From: Camelus dromedarius
Lineage: Eukaryota
Assembly: GCF_036321535.1 (NCBI RefSeq)
Contig: NC_087437.1
Location: 16,060,001-16,124,000, forward strand
Direction: 5' to 3'
Length of the DNA: 64,000 nt
Shown: one piece after another, positions 13,561 to 25,340 of the stretch
Numbering within the stretch: the first letter of the stretch is position 1
Layout of the letters: every line of letters begins with the position of its first letter
The notes under the pieces: model-generated
Told to the model about the DNA's origin: nothing
The model's database searches: none
The model's input: the letters and a program-made list of their open reading frames with translations, nothing else
Program-made: the position numbers and the translations under genes

Positions 13561-14385
13561 CTGGAGACAGGTGGACATGGAGCCGAGGGAACATGGTGAC
13601 TCCTGGGCCCAAGTCACACCATCTGATGGGTGAGTCATGCCCCTCCCCTCCCCACTGTCACAAGCTCTCCTTGTCCTCAAGGACAAGGTAGCCCAGTGTT
13701 TATTTCCTTGATTACTTCCCAGAAAAACTTCAGGTCACCTTGAGATGTTCCAAGAAAGCATCTCTCTTCTGGAACATTTATCACACCAACCTCTGGGGAA
13801 CCCTGCTGTTAGCCTTCCCTTTCTCCAAGCCCATTCTCATTCATTGCTCCACACTGACTGTGTTGACGTGTTCATTTATCCCCTCAAAGTTATTTATCAA
13901 ACAAATACCCAAGGCTTGTCACTGGATCATGCTTTTCACATTTACCTTGGGGAACTACGCCCAGGGATTGATTTGCATATGTGAACAGTGGTGGACCCAG
14001 AAGGAGACTTTGGGGTGGTGGCTGAGTCCCCTGGCCTGGCAGACTGGATCTAGTTGGAAGGAGCCATGGACCACACAGGGCACATCCTCAGGATGTTTGG
14101 AAATTTCACAACATCAGGGTTAAAATTCCTATTTTACAGTTGAAGAAGTAGAGGTCCAGAGAAGTTAAATAACCTTCACCCAAGATCACACAGCGAGCAG
14201 ACGGCAGGGCCAGAATGGGACCCCTCGTCTCGCTGCAGCATCTGTGGAGCCCTGAGCATTGCCCTTCTCTATTTTGGCTAATTCCTGCTGCCCTGGGCTG
14301 GGACCCTTGGCTCCTGACTCTTCCTTATCACCCTTGTTTTCCCTCACAGCTGAGACCTCTCTTGTAGATTGTAGACGGTTAGTCC

Positions 14386-14534
14386 GGAGGGGAGGGTAGA
14401 GCTCAGTGGTAGAGTGCATCCTTAGTGTGCACGAGGTCCTGGGTTCCTTCCCCAGTACCTCCATTAAAACAAATAAATAAATAAACCTAATTACTTCCCA
14501 CCCAAAAATTGAAAAAAAAAAAAAAAAAGCAAAC
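14386..14534 (+). mobile_element. tRNA-derived SINE (Vic-1-like), the only copy in gene-sense orientation
   Basis: A box gctcagtggtagag, degenerate B box gggttccttccc, (aaat)n tail, poly-A; TSD agacggttagtcc (14373-14385) / agatggttagtcc (14535-14547). Confidence 0.93.
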
Positions 14535-14599
14535 AGATGGTTAGTCCAAGGATGATTTGGCCAGGAAATTCTGTTCTACAAAAATAGAAGAGGTTAGTA

Positions 14600-14745
14600 T
14601 TACCACATAATCCAGCAGTTCCTGTCCTAGATACACCCAAGAGAAATGCAAACGTTAAGTCCACAAAGAAACTTGTATGTGAATGTTCTTAGCAGCATTA
14701 TTTACAATCGTCAAAATGTGGAAACAACCCAAATGTCCAACAAAT
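14600..14745 (+). mobile_element. Old L1M ORF2-end fragment
   Basis: gaatgttcttagcagcattatttacaatcgtcaaaatgtggaaacaacccaaatgtcc resembles the L1 [19 protein letters not shown] region. Confidence 0.8.
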
Positions 14746-15399
14746 CATGGACGTTTGTCCTAGAAACAGCAGTGCCCAGGATGATACAAGGGGTGATGAT
14801 AAACCTCAGATGCGCACTGTCCAGGCTGGGGCAGCCACATTGCTCTGAGGAGTCCCGAAGGGTCCCTGAGAGGACCTCCCCACCATGAACCACGTGAAGA
14901 GACTGAGGAAAGCTTCCCCTCCACACACACCCAGCATGAGTTATTTTGAGGGTGGCAATGAGCTCTCTTCCTTGGGAGGCTCAGATAGGAAAGCCCTCTA
15001 CCTCAAGAGGCCACTTGCCTTCCAGGAAGTTTGCTAGTCTTGTTATCTGAACCCAGGTAGAAGGGACTCAGCTGTGACCTGCACCCTGCTCTAGGGCGGG
15101 TGAGAGGTGACCTCACAGCAAGGTTGTCCCTGGCATGACTTCCACCCGCAGAAGCAACACTGTCTTGCCTTTCAGACAAGACTTGCTGAACTCTGAAAAC
15201 CCAAGCTCCACATTATTATACCTCTTCAAACATCTTACTCCAACTGATCAACTTCATTTTGAATGTATGTGTGTTTTGCTATTATTGGTCTCCAGAACCA
15301 CTGATACTTTTGATGTCTTAAATTATTTTACCACACTAAATGGTTACATCCTTTCTTATATCCCCAAATGGATTGTGGTGATAACTGTTGAAAGAATTC

Positions 15400-16473
15400 T
15401 TTTTTTTTTTAACCTTTTTTCTTGATTTATAATCATTTTACAATGTTGTGTCAAATTCCAGTGTAGAGCACAATTTTTCAGTTATACATGAACATATATA
15501 TATTCATTGTCACATTCCTTTCTCTGTGAGCTACCGTAAGATCTTGTATAGATTTCCCTGTGCTATACAGTATAATCTTGTTTATCTATTCTACAATTTT
15601 GAAATCCTAGTCTATCTTTTCCCACCCCTCACCCCCTTGGCAACCACAAGTCTGTATTCTATGTCTATGAGTCTATTTCTGTTCTGTATTTATGCTTTGT
15701 TTGTTTTTTTGGTTTTTTTTTTTTAGATTCCACATATGAGTGATCTCATATGGTATTTTTCTCTCTCTTTCTGGCTTACTTCACTTAGAATGACATTCTC
15801 CAGGAGCATCCATGTTGCTGCAAATGGCGTTATGTTGTTGGTTTTTAATGGCTGAATAGTATTCCATTGTATAATATACCACATCTTCTTTATCCAGTCA
15901 CCTGTTGACGGACATTTAGGCTGTTTCCATGTCTTGGCTATTGTAAATAGTGCTGCTATGAACATTGGGGTGCAGGTGTCATTTTGGAGTAGGGTTCCTT
16001 CTGGATATATGCCCAAGAGTGGGATTCCTGGGTCATACGGTAAGTCTATGCCTAGTCTTTTGAGGAATCTCCCTACTGTTTTCCACAGTGGCTGCACCAA
16101 ACTGCATTCCCACCAGCAGTATACGAGGGTTCCCTTTTCTCCACAGCCTCTCCAGCATTTGTCATTTGTGGACTTTTGAATGATGGCCATTGTGACTGGC
16201 GTGAGGTGATACCTCATTGTAGTTTTGATTTGCGTTTCTCTGATAATTAGTGATATTGAGCATTTTTTCATGTGCCTATTGATCATTTGTATGTCTTCCT
16301 TAGAGAATTGTTTGTTTAGGTCTTCTGCCCATTTTTGGATTGGGTTGTTTATTTTCTTTTTGTTGAGTCATATGAGCTGCTCATATATTCTGGAGATCAA
16401 GCCTTTGTCGGTTTCATTTGCAAAAATTTTTTCCCGTTCCGTAGGTTGTCTTTTTGTTTTACATATGGTTTCC
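15400..16473 (-). mobile_element. Young L1, 3' segment (ORF2 C-terminus, 3' UTR, poly-A), antisense to EPHB1
   Basis: ORF 15723-16286(-) encodes the L1 ORF2 C-terminus ([50 protein letters not shown]); poly-T at ~15400. Confidence 0.96.
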
Positions 16474-16840
16474 ATATAGGCCAATGGAACAGAATAGAGA
16501 GCCCAGAAATGAACCCACAAACTTTTGGTCAACTAATCTTCGACAAAGGAGGCAAGAATATACAATGGAATAAAGACAGTCTCTTCATCACATGGTGTTG
16601 GGAAAACTGGACAGCACCATGTAAATCAGTGAAGCTAGAACACTCCCTTATACCATACACAAAAATCAACTCAAAATGGATCAAAGACTTAAACATAAGA
16701 CAAGATACAATAAACCTCCTAGAGGAAAATATAGGCAAAACATTATCTGACATACATCTCAAAAATTTTCTCCTAGAAGAAATAAAAACAAGAATAAACA
16801 AATGGGATCTAATGAAAGTTATAAGCTTCTGCACAGCAAA
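16473..16840 (+). mobile_element. Inverted 5' segment of the same L1 insertion (ORF2 fragment [12 protein letters not shown]...[16 protein letters not shown])
   Basis: L1 ORF2 sequence in the opposite orientation; whole element flanked by TSD gaaagaattcttttt (15390-15404) / gaaagacttcttttt (16841-16855). Confidence 0.94.
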
Positions 16841-18741
16841 GAAAGACTTCTTTTTACACAAAAATCAATGAAGACATTAGGAAGTAATTTTTGATAAGCA
16901 AACATAATGTTTTAGAATTTCATAACTGTCCTAGGGAGAAAGCGTCAACTCATTCTCACATTTTGGAATCTGACATGCTTAGTTGTAAGGGGGAAATGCC
17001 CCTAGCAAATAAGGAAAACAAAATGAGTAAGGGAAAACTTTGAACATGACTGAGTCAGTAACTACATTAAAAGGTCAAGGAATGTCATAAATATAAAATA
17101 TATGGTCCAGGTGAACCTGGGATAGGAGATTGATGCTCCACATGTGAAGATTCCAAGGTCCAGATTTTGGGTTATTAATTTCTGAGATAGATTCACGCCA
17201 TTCCCCCAGACCCAGCCTGAGTCTCACAGGAGTGCAGTCCTTACGAACTCCTTTGGAATCCTTCTTACAAGTGGAGGGCTGGCTGATGCTCTTCCGGGTC
17301 TCATCCATATGCCACTGGCAGTTTGGGCTGATGCTTGTCCGTTGTCACTTGTGAGTTCTTTCGTCGCTTGCAATTGGGGCCAACCTATCCCTGCAGTTTA
17401 ATCTACATTTCACTTGTCAGTTCAGGCAAGAGCATTCTGTGCTGTCTGTGATATACTACCTTAGATCTGTCTGCTTCAAAAGCAATTTGGGAGTAAGTTC
17501 TTCCCGAAGTCTTCCTTGACAAAAACAGAGAAGGCTCACTCGGTCTGCCTTTGCATTGTCTCCATCCCTGAGCCCCTTGACCAATGACGCTCAAGTCTCT
17601 ACTTGTGACACATTTAAAGGGCTTCTTCTTATTGGCTGCAGATGCTCTTTCAGACACTCCTGTTCTGATTCTGTTTGCTTGCTGATTTTCCTCAGTGCCT
17701 GACAGGACACTTGTCCTTCCTTCCCCTCCTTCGTCTTCAAATCTTGGCTTCCTTTTGGGTTCGCCTCTGTATTTGATTGAGGAGTGCAGGGCAATTTTGA
17801 TTGTGTTTGGGTTTTTCGAGCTCTGCCTTTATGGGCCAATCACATCTTTCTGGATCCTTCAGTACCATCTTTCCAAATAACCCCTAAGCTAATTTTTGTC
17901 CTCACTTTTTCTAAAGAAAGGTCTATATTTGCTTATTTGCTAAATTTTCATAATTTTCATCTTCTTCTCTCCATAGAATGTTTAATTTAGTCAAAAGCGT
18001 TCTGTGTGCTTGTGTGGGAGAGACTCATTCAAGCATTCAGTGAAACTGTTCCTTCATCTGAGGATGCAGGTTTATGGAGAAAAGACAGCTGACCAGGACT
18101 TACTGTTCAAACCATCGAATTCAGGGGTCCCAGGGGGCTGCTTCTTTGAATGAATCTTCCCGTCCCTTCTTAATCTGCCTTAGTTTTGCTAGAAGTCGGT
18201 GTCTGAGTGGATACCTGAGCCCTTTTTGATTTTTCTGTTTCGTCTGAAGGCTTTATAGCATGTAAAACACCAGATCTAGATGTGGCATTTGCACTTGGAG
18301 AAAGAAAGAAAGAAACAAACAAACAAACCCGTCACAGTCGGTGATCACCGATGGCAGAATACCAAATGAGAGCTGTGCCTGATTTTCAGGGAGGAGAACT
18401 CCCACTACTTTCTTACTTTCTCCCCTGTGCAAAATCCCATCTCTATTAAACTGTTAAGACATTTCGAGTGACCTCTTTGAGGATAAACAGCCCACCAAGG
18501 GGTCTGTGACACTGCTGTCATCCCCATAAACCTAAGAAACGCTGGCAGCGGTGACTGTTACTCTGGCAGCTTCTCCTGGATCTGTGCGCTGCTGATTGGC
18601 CCCTGGGAGGTCCTTGCATCTGCGTAATAGGGCGTGCCTCTCGGTGGGTGTGGCTCTCCCTTGCCTCTGGAACATCCTGCAGAATGATTGCCTTTTTCTC
18701 GTCTGACCCCAACCAGGACTTCGCGGCAGGACTGAGACTTT

Positions 18742-18939
18742 TTTTTTTTTCAATTATTTTTTCATCTTTTTTTGGAGGAGGTAATTAGGTTCTTCATTTG
18801 TGTGTGTGTGTGTTTGTGTGGGAGGAGGTAATTAGGTTTATTTATTTATTTATTCTTAGAGGAGGTGCTGGGGATTGAACCCAGGACCTCATGCATGCTG
18901 AACATGCTCTCTACCACTTGAGCTCTACCCTCCCCACCT
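18742..18939 (-). mobile_element. tRNA-derived SINE (Vic-1-like variant with duplicated tail module)
   Basis: TSD aggactgagacttt (18728-18741) / aggattgtgacttt (18940-18953); ggaggtaattaggt occurs twice. Confidence 0.9.
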
Positions 18940-19101
18940 AGGATTGTGACTTTCTCATTTGTCCTTCTGTCCTGGGTGGTCAGAGCCAGGGGCTGGCACA
19001 ATGGTTGGCAAACATGAGTTTTGAATGATGGTTTTCCAGGGATTTGAGGCAAAGAAGAGAACCAAGCCCATCAAAATCCTCAAGATTAGTCTTTCCAATT
19101 T

Positions 19102-19244
19102 TTTTTCTTGTTTTTTGGGGGGATGGGTGTGGGAGGAGGTAATTAGGTTTATTTATGTATTTATTTAATGGAGGTACTGGGGATTGAACCCAGGGACTCA
19201 TGCATGCTAGGCATGAGCTCTGCCACTGAGCTCTACCCTCCCCA
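19102..19244 (-). mobile_element. tRNA-derived SINE (Vic-1-like)
   Basis: Same head and tail motifs; TSD ctttccaattt (19091-19101) / ctttctaattt (19245-19255). Confidence 0.9.
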
Positions 19245-19649
19245 CTTTCTAATTTCTAATACATGATGCTTCAGCTCTCGAGGCAGAAAGGATCCTGAAC
19301 GCCTACATGGCACTGACATGACCGACACCGTGTGGATCAAGTCGTGTTTCCAGGGCGGCTCTTTCAGTCTGGTTGGGGGAGGGGACTTTGGGGGACTATT
19401 ATCCCCTCCCCGTCCTGGTGGATTCAGCAGGGTCCCAAACCATCCCGACGGACACCAGAACACCGCCTCATCTTCCCCGAGGTGACTTCACCCTGTCCCG
19501 GGGCTCTGCGCGGTGCACACAGGTCTTGGGGAAAAAAGAGCCTCGGGCCAGCCACCCCGTTAATCATCCAGCCTACACTAAAGCTGCCCTCGGTTCCTCG
19601 TTTCACGTCAGTGGCTCAGCAGCCGCATCCCACACGTCCTGCCCTCCCG

Positions 19650-20855
19650 GAACAGAGACTCCCGCTTCACTTCTAGGCAACCGCACCCTGGTTCTCCTCC
19701 CACTTCACTGGCCTTTCTTTCTCAGGCCCCTTGGTGGCTTTCCCTCATCTCCTGAATCTCAGAATACATATTCTCTTCTGCTCCTTTTCTTGGTGATCTC
19801 TTGTTATTTCCGGTGCTTTCAGTATCTTTGCGATACTGATGACTTCAGTTTTATGACCCCAGCCTGGACCTCTTCTGCGTGCATCTGCCTCCTCAGTGTC
19901 TACTCTGGGACATCCTGGATGTCTCAAAGCGAACAGGGCCAAAGCGGAGCGCCCGATCTTTCCTCCCACGCTGCCTGTGCTGACATCTCCCCTGATCTCA
20001 GTTGATAACATCCACCGTTCCGGCTGCTCAGAACAGAAACCTGGGAGCCATTTTGATTCTTCTGTGTCTTCCACATCCCACAGCCATTGAGATAGTCTAA
20101 ATATATTCAGAATCTGACCACCTCCACTCTCACCACCTCCACCACTCTGAGCCTGGTCCAAGTCACCACGCTCTTCCAGCTGGATTAGTGCAATAGTGCT
20201 GGGAGGATTCTTTCAGCTTTCACACAGCCCCCTGCGCTCTATTCGCAATACAGCGGGAGGGGGTGTTCTGTCAACGTGTAAGTCACATGATGTCACTCCT
20301 TTGTTCACGACCCTCCCATGGGTCTTCACTGCACTCAGTAGAAGCCAGCATCCTCTCGGTGTCTCTCGGGGCCCTACCATCTGTGGCCTCTTCTCTCCAT
20401 CAGTCCCACTGGCTCTTTGCTGTTGCCTTGAAATGCCAGGCTGCTCCCAGATCAAACTTTTCCCTGGCCTCTCCCCATCACATGCTTTTCTCCCAGGTAT
20501 CTGGCTGGCTTCCTCCCTCCTGTGCTCCTAAACCTACTTCTCAGGCAAGGCTTGGCTGACCACATGGTTTAGAACGCAGCCTTCATCCAGCCAGCCTTCT
20601 ACATTTTGGCATCCCGGGTTCCTTCCCTGCATCCCTATCCATTCTTTATCTCCTCTTCCCATTGTATTTAATATTTTTAACATACGTCGTGGTTCATTTA
20701 TTTATTGTGTCTAGTCTCTGAATCCCTCCAATAGAAGAGAAGCTCTATGAAGGCAAGTGATTTTAATTTGCTCACAATGGCATCTCTAGAATCTAAGACA
20801 GTTACTGGCATGTGACAGTTGCTCAGTAAATATTTGCTTAAATAAATAGTGAATC
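19650..20855 (+). mobile_element. L2 LINE fossil, long 3' portion
   Basis: Ends with L2 tail aagctctatgaaggcaag...gttactggcatgtgacagttgctcagtaaatatttgcttaaataaatagtgaat; internal L2 motifs such as atattcagaatctgaccacctcc. Confidence 0.85.
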
Positions 20856-21129
20856 TGGGCCATGAGACTAAGTTGGAAGGAAGAGAAGATGCATTTGATG
20901 GTTGAACCAGGATCAAAAGTGATTTCAACTTACTAGATTAATAGGCCAGATTTGACACCATAAAGATACCTAGAGACATGTAAATCCCTGGAGTCAAAGC
21001 CCAAAGTCAACCCTGTAGACCAAAGATGAGGAGCATACCATGGGAAAACCTGAAGGTTATATTTGACTATGGTTTCAAAATCAAACAGTGGGGACATGTT
21101 TTTGAAGCAAAGGCTAATGGTCACGTTAA

Positions 21130-21560
21130 TAGATGTATAGTACACAGATCATGGTGGATATTAGTTTTACTCTAATCTTTGCTGTTCAAACAGCAGTGAG
21201 AGAATTGAGTTCACCTCTGAGCCTCACGCCTAGAGAGATTTAGATAACATGAGCCCCATTTGGAAAAGAGCATATCATGGGAGAAATGTTCACAGTATCT
21301 GGCCATTCTTTGCAGTGGGAAAAACTCAGGGGAGACCTAACTAGTTTCTTGAACTTTTTGACAAGCCGTTCCGTGGAAGAGGGAACATTCTATATTACTT
21401 CAGTTGGCAGAGCTGAGACCAGTGGGAAGAAGACATATTTCAGATATGAATAAGGAAGATGTGCAGATTGGTGAGTGCTATCCAGGTATGGAGCAGCGGT
21501 TCCTAGAGACAATGAGCCTCCCATCCCTGGGGACGCAGCAGGGCTGGGCAGAGACTACTT
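21130..21560 (+). mobile_element. L3/CR1 LINE fossil
   Basis: aaaactcaggggagacctaactagtttcttgaactttttgacaagccgttccgtggaagagggaac...ggcagagctgagaccagtggg...atttcagatatgaataaggaag matches the recalled CR1 3' region. Confidence 0.65.
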
Positions 21561-21579
21561 GACAGGGGACTTCAGGACT

Positions 21580-21988
21580 GCATCAATTCAGGTCCTCCAC
21601 GAAGCAGATGCCAAGATGGTATTAGATGTGCCAGAGATTTACTGGGAAAATAAGAGGCTGGGAGAGCCATCAGACCACAACGAAGCCTAATCCTTCCAAA
21701 GGAGAGAGAGAAGGAAGGAGGATTGGATGGGGAGAGTCTTAGACTGCCACGAGTACAAGGAAGCACTGGGAAGTCCAGTGGGGAGTGCTTGAGCGAAAGT
21801 CGTCCATCAGAAGAGTCAGGAATGGACCTACCATAGCATCCTTGCCACTCTCAGCCCTTGGCTGGGAGCAGCATGTGGGAAGCAGGCTCTATGTGGTGAT
21901 GGACTACAGAATGCAGAGCTGGGCCCGTTAGGCAGTGATGCTCCCAAGAGTAGGATCTCTGAGAGGCACATTTTCGAGGCCATCGCAA
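21580..21988 (-). mobile_element. ERVL-class solo LTR (LTR16/33/67-like group)
   Basis: gaagcagatgccaagatgg...agatttactgggaa...gagagccatcagaccaca...agtcttagactgc...cttggctgggagcagc. Confidence 0.65.
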
Positions 21989-22821
21989 GGTCTCTAATGG
22001 GAACCAGGCAAAATCCCAGGCAGACACTCTGAGTCTAAGGGCTCCTCACGGCACCCCTCACACTGTGCTCTCCTATGGCTCTCTGGACTGTGAGCATCTT
22101 CAGAACAAGTGCTCTGCATCTCCACCCTGGCCGGGGGCTCGTGTAGTAGGTGCCCACTGAGAGTCCAGCAGATCGCGGAGAACGCAGTAACCCCTGTGAC
22201 CCGGTAGCCATGCTCTGCAATTTCAGGTCTTGGAGGGGAATCTGTTAACTTAGAATGCGGATAGTAAATGTCGCTCAGCCATGGTCCCCAAAGAAACCCT
22301 TGGAAAGTGGAGTTTGTGCGAGGAAACGACCTTCATCACTGCAGAAGCACCAGTACTAAACGGAACAGCCCCTGAGCAGAGCACGGACTGCAGCCTCATC
22401 CATAACCCGCCTCCTCCCCTAGACAGACAGCCCTCATTTATTATTTCCAGACTGTTTTCATTTTACACCGTGTGAAAAATGTCAAATTTGGAAATAAATA
22501 ATCTTCTTTTTAAACGGAGATTTCAGAAGCACTTCGCAGATTTTGGAATGATTATTCTGTTTCCAAATGTTTGGTTGGTTCGTGTATCATTTCTTCATTT
22601 ATATTTGTGAGCTCTTGATAGCAGACAGCCTCATTTGGAAAACTGACAGGAAGTCTAAGAGAACACTGTTATTGGTCTGTGTTCGTGTCTTTTTGAGAGA
22701 TACCCCCCTCTTTACTTTTTTTAAAAAAATTTTTCCCCAATGTTATTCTTGAGCCACATTCGATTTTATCAGGTTTTCTCATTTTTGCCAAACTAGTGGG
22801 TGTGAAATGGTATCTCACTGA

Positions 22822-22982
22822 GTTTTTTTAAATTTTTAAATATTATTTACTTAATTTTTTTTGGAGGGGCAGGTAATTAGTTTTATTCATCTATTTATTT
22901 AATGGAGGTACCAGGGCTTGAACCCAGGACCTCGTGCATGCTAGCTAGGCACACACTCTTCCACTGAACTACACCCTACCCC
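22822..22982 (-). mobile_element. tRNA-derived SINE (Vic-1-like, more diverged), next to a short old L1 fragment (~22760-22820)
   Basis: aatggaggtaccagggcttgaacccaggacctcgtgcatgct ... ccactgaactacaccc; preceded by the L1M-like gccaaactagtgggtgtgaaatggtatctcact. Confidence 0.85.
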
Positions 22983-23608
22983 TTCTCTAACTTTAGAAAC
23001 ACAGGAAAATCTTACATGCCATCTCAGAAGGAGATATTTGCTAGAATGTTCCTTCCCACCACTCAGCAATTCTGATCTGACTAGTTCTGCTCTCTCGCTG
23101 TCATCCTTGCCCCCAGATTCTCTTCCCTGTGATGGCTCAGCCCATTACTGCAAGACTGAAGTTCCTTCCACATTATCTACTCAAAACCATCCCATGGCTC
23201 CTCTTGTCCTAATGCCTGAAGCCTGGGCTTGTCCTGCTGGTCATGCTCTCCGTGCCTGACTCCAGCTTCCCCAGAGTTTCCACACTGTTTTCCTGTGATT
23301 CCTCCAACCACCTCTTTTTCCAAGCCTTGCTCGTTCCTGCCCAGAAAACACCATGTCTGCTCCAGCCCCTGCCCTCACACACGTTCTCCCATCCTAAACT
23401 GTCATCTTTTCTCTCCTTTGGTATCCAAACTCCATTCATTCTGCAAAACCCATGGGAAGTTCTGTAGATCCAGCTCAGCTGATGGGAAAGAAAGAAAGGG
23501 CAGGGTTCCAACCCAGTGATATTTCTCTGCCTGCTTTTCTCTGAAAGACGGCACCTCTCATCTAGTCGAGAGTCTGCTCACCTGCCCTGTCTCTCCCTCT
23601 CTCCGCAG

Positions 23609-23733
23609 CCCCTTCCACTGTTCCCATCATGCACCAGGTCAGCGCCACCATGAGGAGCATCACCTTGTCGTGGCCACAGCCAGAGCAGCCCAATGGCATC
23701 ATCCTGGACTATGAGATCCGGTACTATGAGAAG
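23609..23733 (+). CDS. EPHB1: EPHB1 exon 6 (125 nt), start of second fibronectin type III domain: (A)[41 protein letters not shown]
   Basis: Polypyrimidine tract ending ctccgcag, donor AAG|gtgagc; peptide matches EphB1 as recalled; not in the ORF track because it is short. Confidence 0.97.
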
Positions 23734-24261
23734 GTGAGCCAGCTCACTGGGCTGTCAGGGATGGCGAGGACCAAGCCCATTCTCCCAGCCATGTGCTTGC
23801 TACACTAATGCAGTGGCTACAAAAGCACCTGGTGTCCCCTGAACCTTCTGAAGAGTTTGTGGTTTTGTAAATTAGTGTTTTTTAGCATTTTTGATCATTT
23901 ACCTCCAATGTAATATTGTTTATTTACAAATTGTATGCAGGTACTACTGCACCGAGCCATGTATGGAGGTTTAAAATATTTAAATGGAAATGTAAAAGGA
24001 TGAGATTGAAATCAATGGAAATGGAAATTTATATATTATATATTATTTTCATTGACTGTTCTTTCACAGCTGCTGCTGGGCATGACAGCAGGGCATGTGC
24101 TCCAAAAAAGAGGAAATGGTGCCCTGTGGAGTTGACCCCTGGGCTAGCTGTGGGGGAAGCAAGGCCTTCCTTCCACCATGATGACCTGTAGCATTTGCAA
24201 AATCCCCAGAAAATATGGTACTTTCTCTACTGACCCAGCACATAATTTGTACAAACACCAA

Positions 24262-25340
24262 ATTTATTTACGTATTTGTTCAGGAAGTATTTATCAAGTG
24301 CCTGCTATATGGCGGGTACTATTCTAGGGTAGATTAGTGATCAAAAGAAGGTTTCCTGCCCTCAAGAAGCTTACTGTCCAATAGAAGGAGACACACAATG
24401 AACAATGAATGTAACAAATAAGGTAATTATACAGTGTGTTTGAAAAAGAGGAGTGGAAAGAGGGGGCAAAGTAGATCAAGGTAAACGGGATCAGGAGGGT
24501 CAAGTTTGGAGGAGGAGTAGGTTGCAGAAATAAATATAAAAGTAAAAGTAGGCTTGTTGGAGGAGGTAAGTTCTAAGGAAAGACCTGAAGGAGGTACTGG
24601 TATTGTGAAGCAGGTACCTGTGGGAGAGAGAGCCTGTGCAAAGGCCCTGAGGCAGGATCATGATTGATGATTCATGGAGCAGGAAGGAGAGCTGTATGAC
24701 TGAAGTGATGCATGCAGTAGGGAAAGAGTAGACAGGGGAAAGGCAATCAGAGGACGCATTCATATTGGGCCTTAAGAACTTGAGCTTTTCCACTGAGTGA
24801 GGTAGGGATCTGTAGTGGGGTTTGGAATAGAGGCGACACAAAATGACTTACATTTTAAAGGGATCATTCGGGCTTGCTTTTCCATGGAAAATAGACCTGC
24901 TAGATCACAATCATCTAAGGCAAGGAGGATTGTGGCTTGAATCAGAGAGGAAGTAGAGGGCTGGTGAAACAGAGTTGATTTGCAGGAATATATACTGAAG
25001 ATAGAGCCAACAGGATTTCCAACAGGTTGGATTTTGGATGTGGGAGGGTTTTGCCCTGAGTCAGTAGAAAGATGGAACCACTGGTGACTGAGAAAGGGAT
25101 CACTGTGGGTGGGGCATGTCTGTGGTGAGGGAAGTTGAGCTCAACGTCTGACATGCCTTTGAGAGAGCCAAGTGGAGGCGTGGAGAAGGCGGCTGGATGT
25201 GCGTGTCTGGGGTTCAGGCGAGAGGACCTGGCTGGAGATGTCCATTTGGAAGTTGTCAGTATGTAGATGGTACAAAAGCCCTTAGATAGGCTGAGATCAT
25301 CCAGTGGGGCAGTGGCACTAAGAAAAGGATGAAGACCTGC
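24262..25340 (-). mobile_element. L2 LINE fossil
   Basis: tatttatcaagtgcctgctatatggcgggtactattctagg...cctgccctcaagaagcttact...agcctgtgcaaaggccctgaggcagga...gctggagatgtccatttggaagttgtcagt. Confidence 0.85.

Noticed and set aside
16335..16871. 178-aa ORF spanning the L1 inversion junction
   Set aside because: Chimera of antisense and sense L1 ORF2 with a non-ATG start; no promoter or splice evidence
18338..18351. Perfect 14-bp palindrome tcggtgatcaccga
   Set aside because: A few palindromes of this length are expected by chance in 64 kb
19373..20005. 210-aa ORF
   Set aside because: Overlaps an L2 fossil; no recognisable domain
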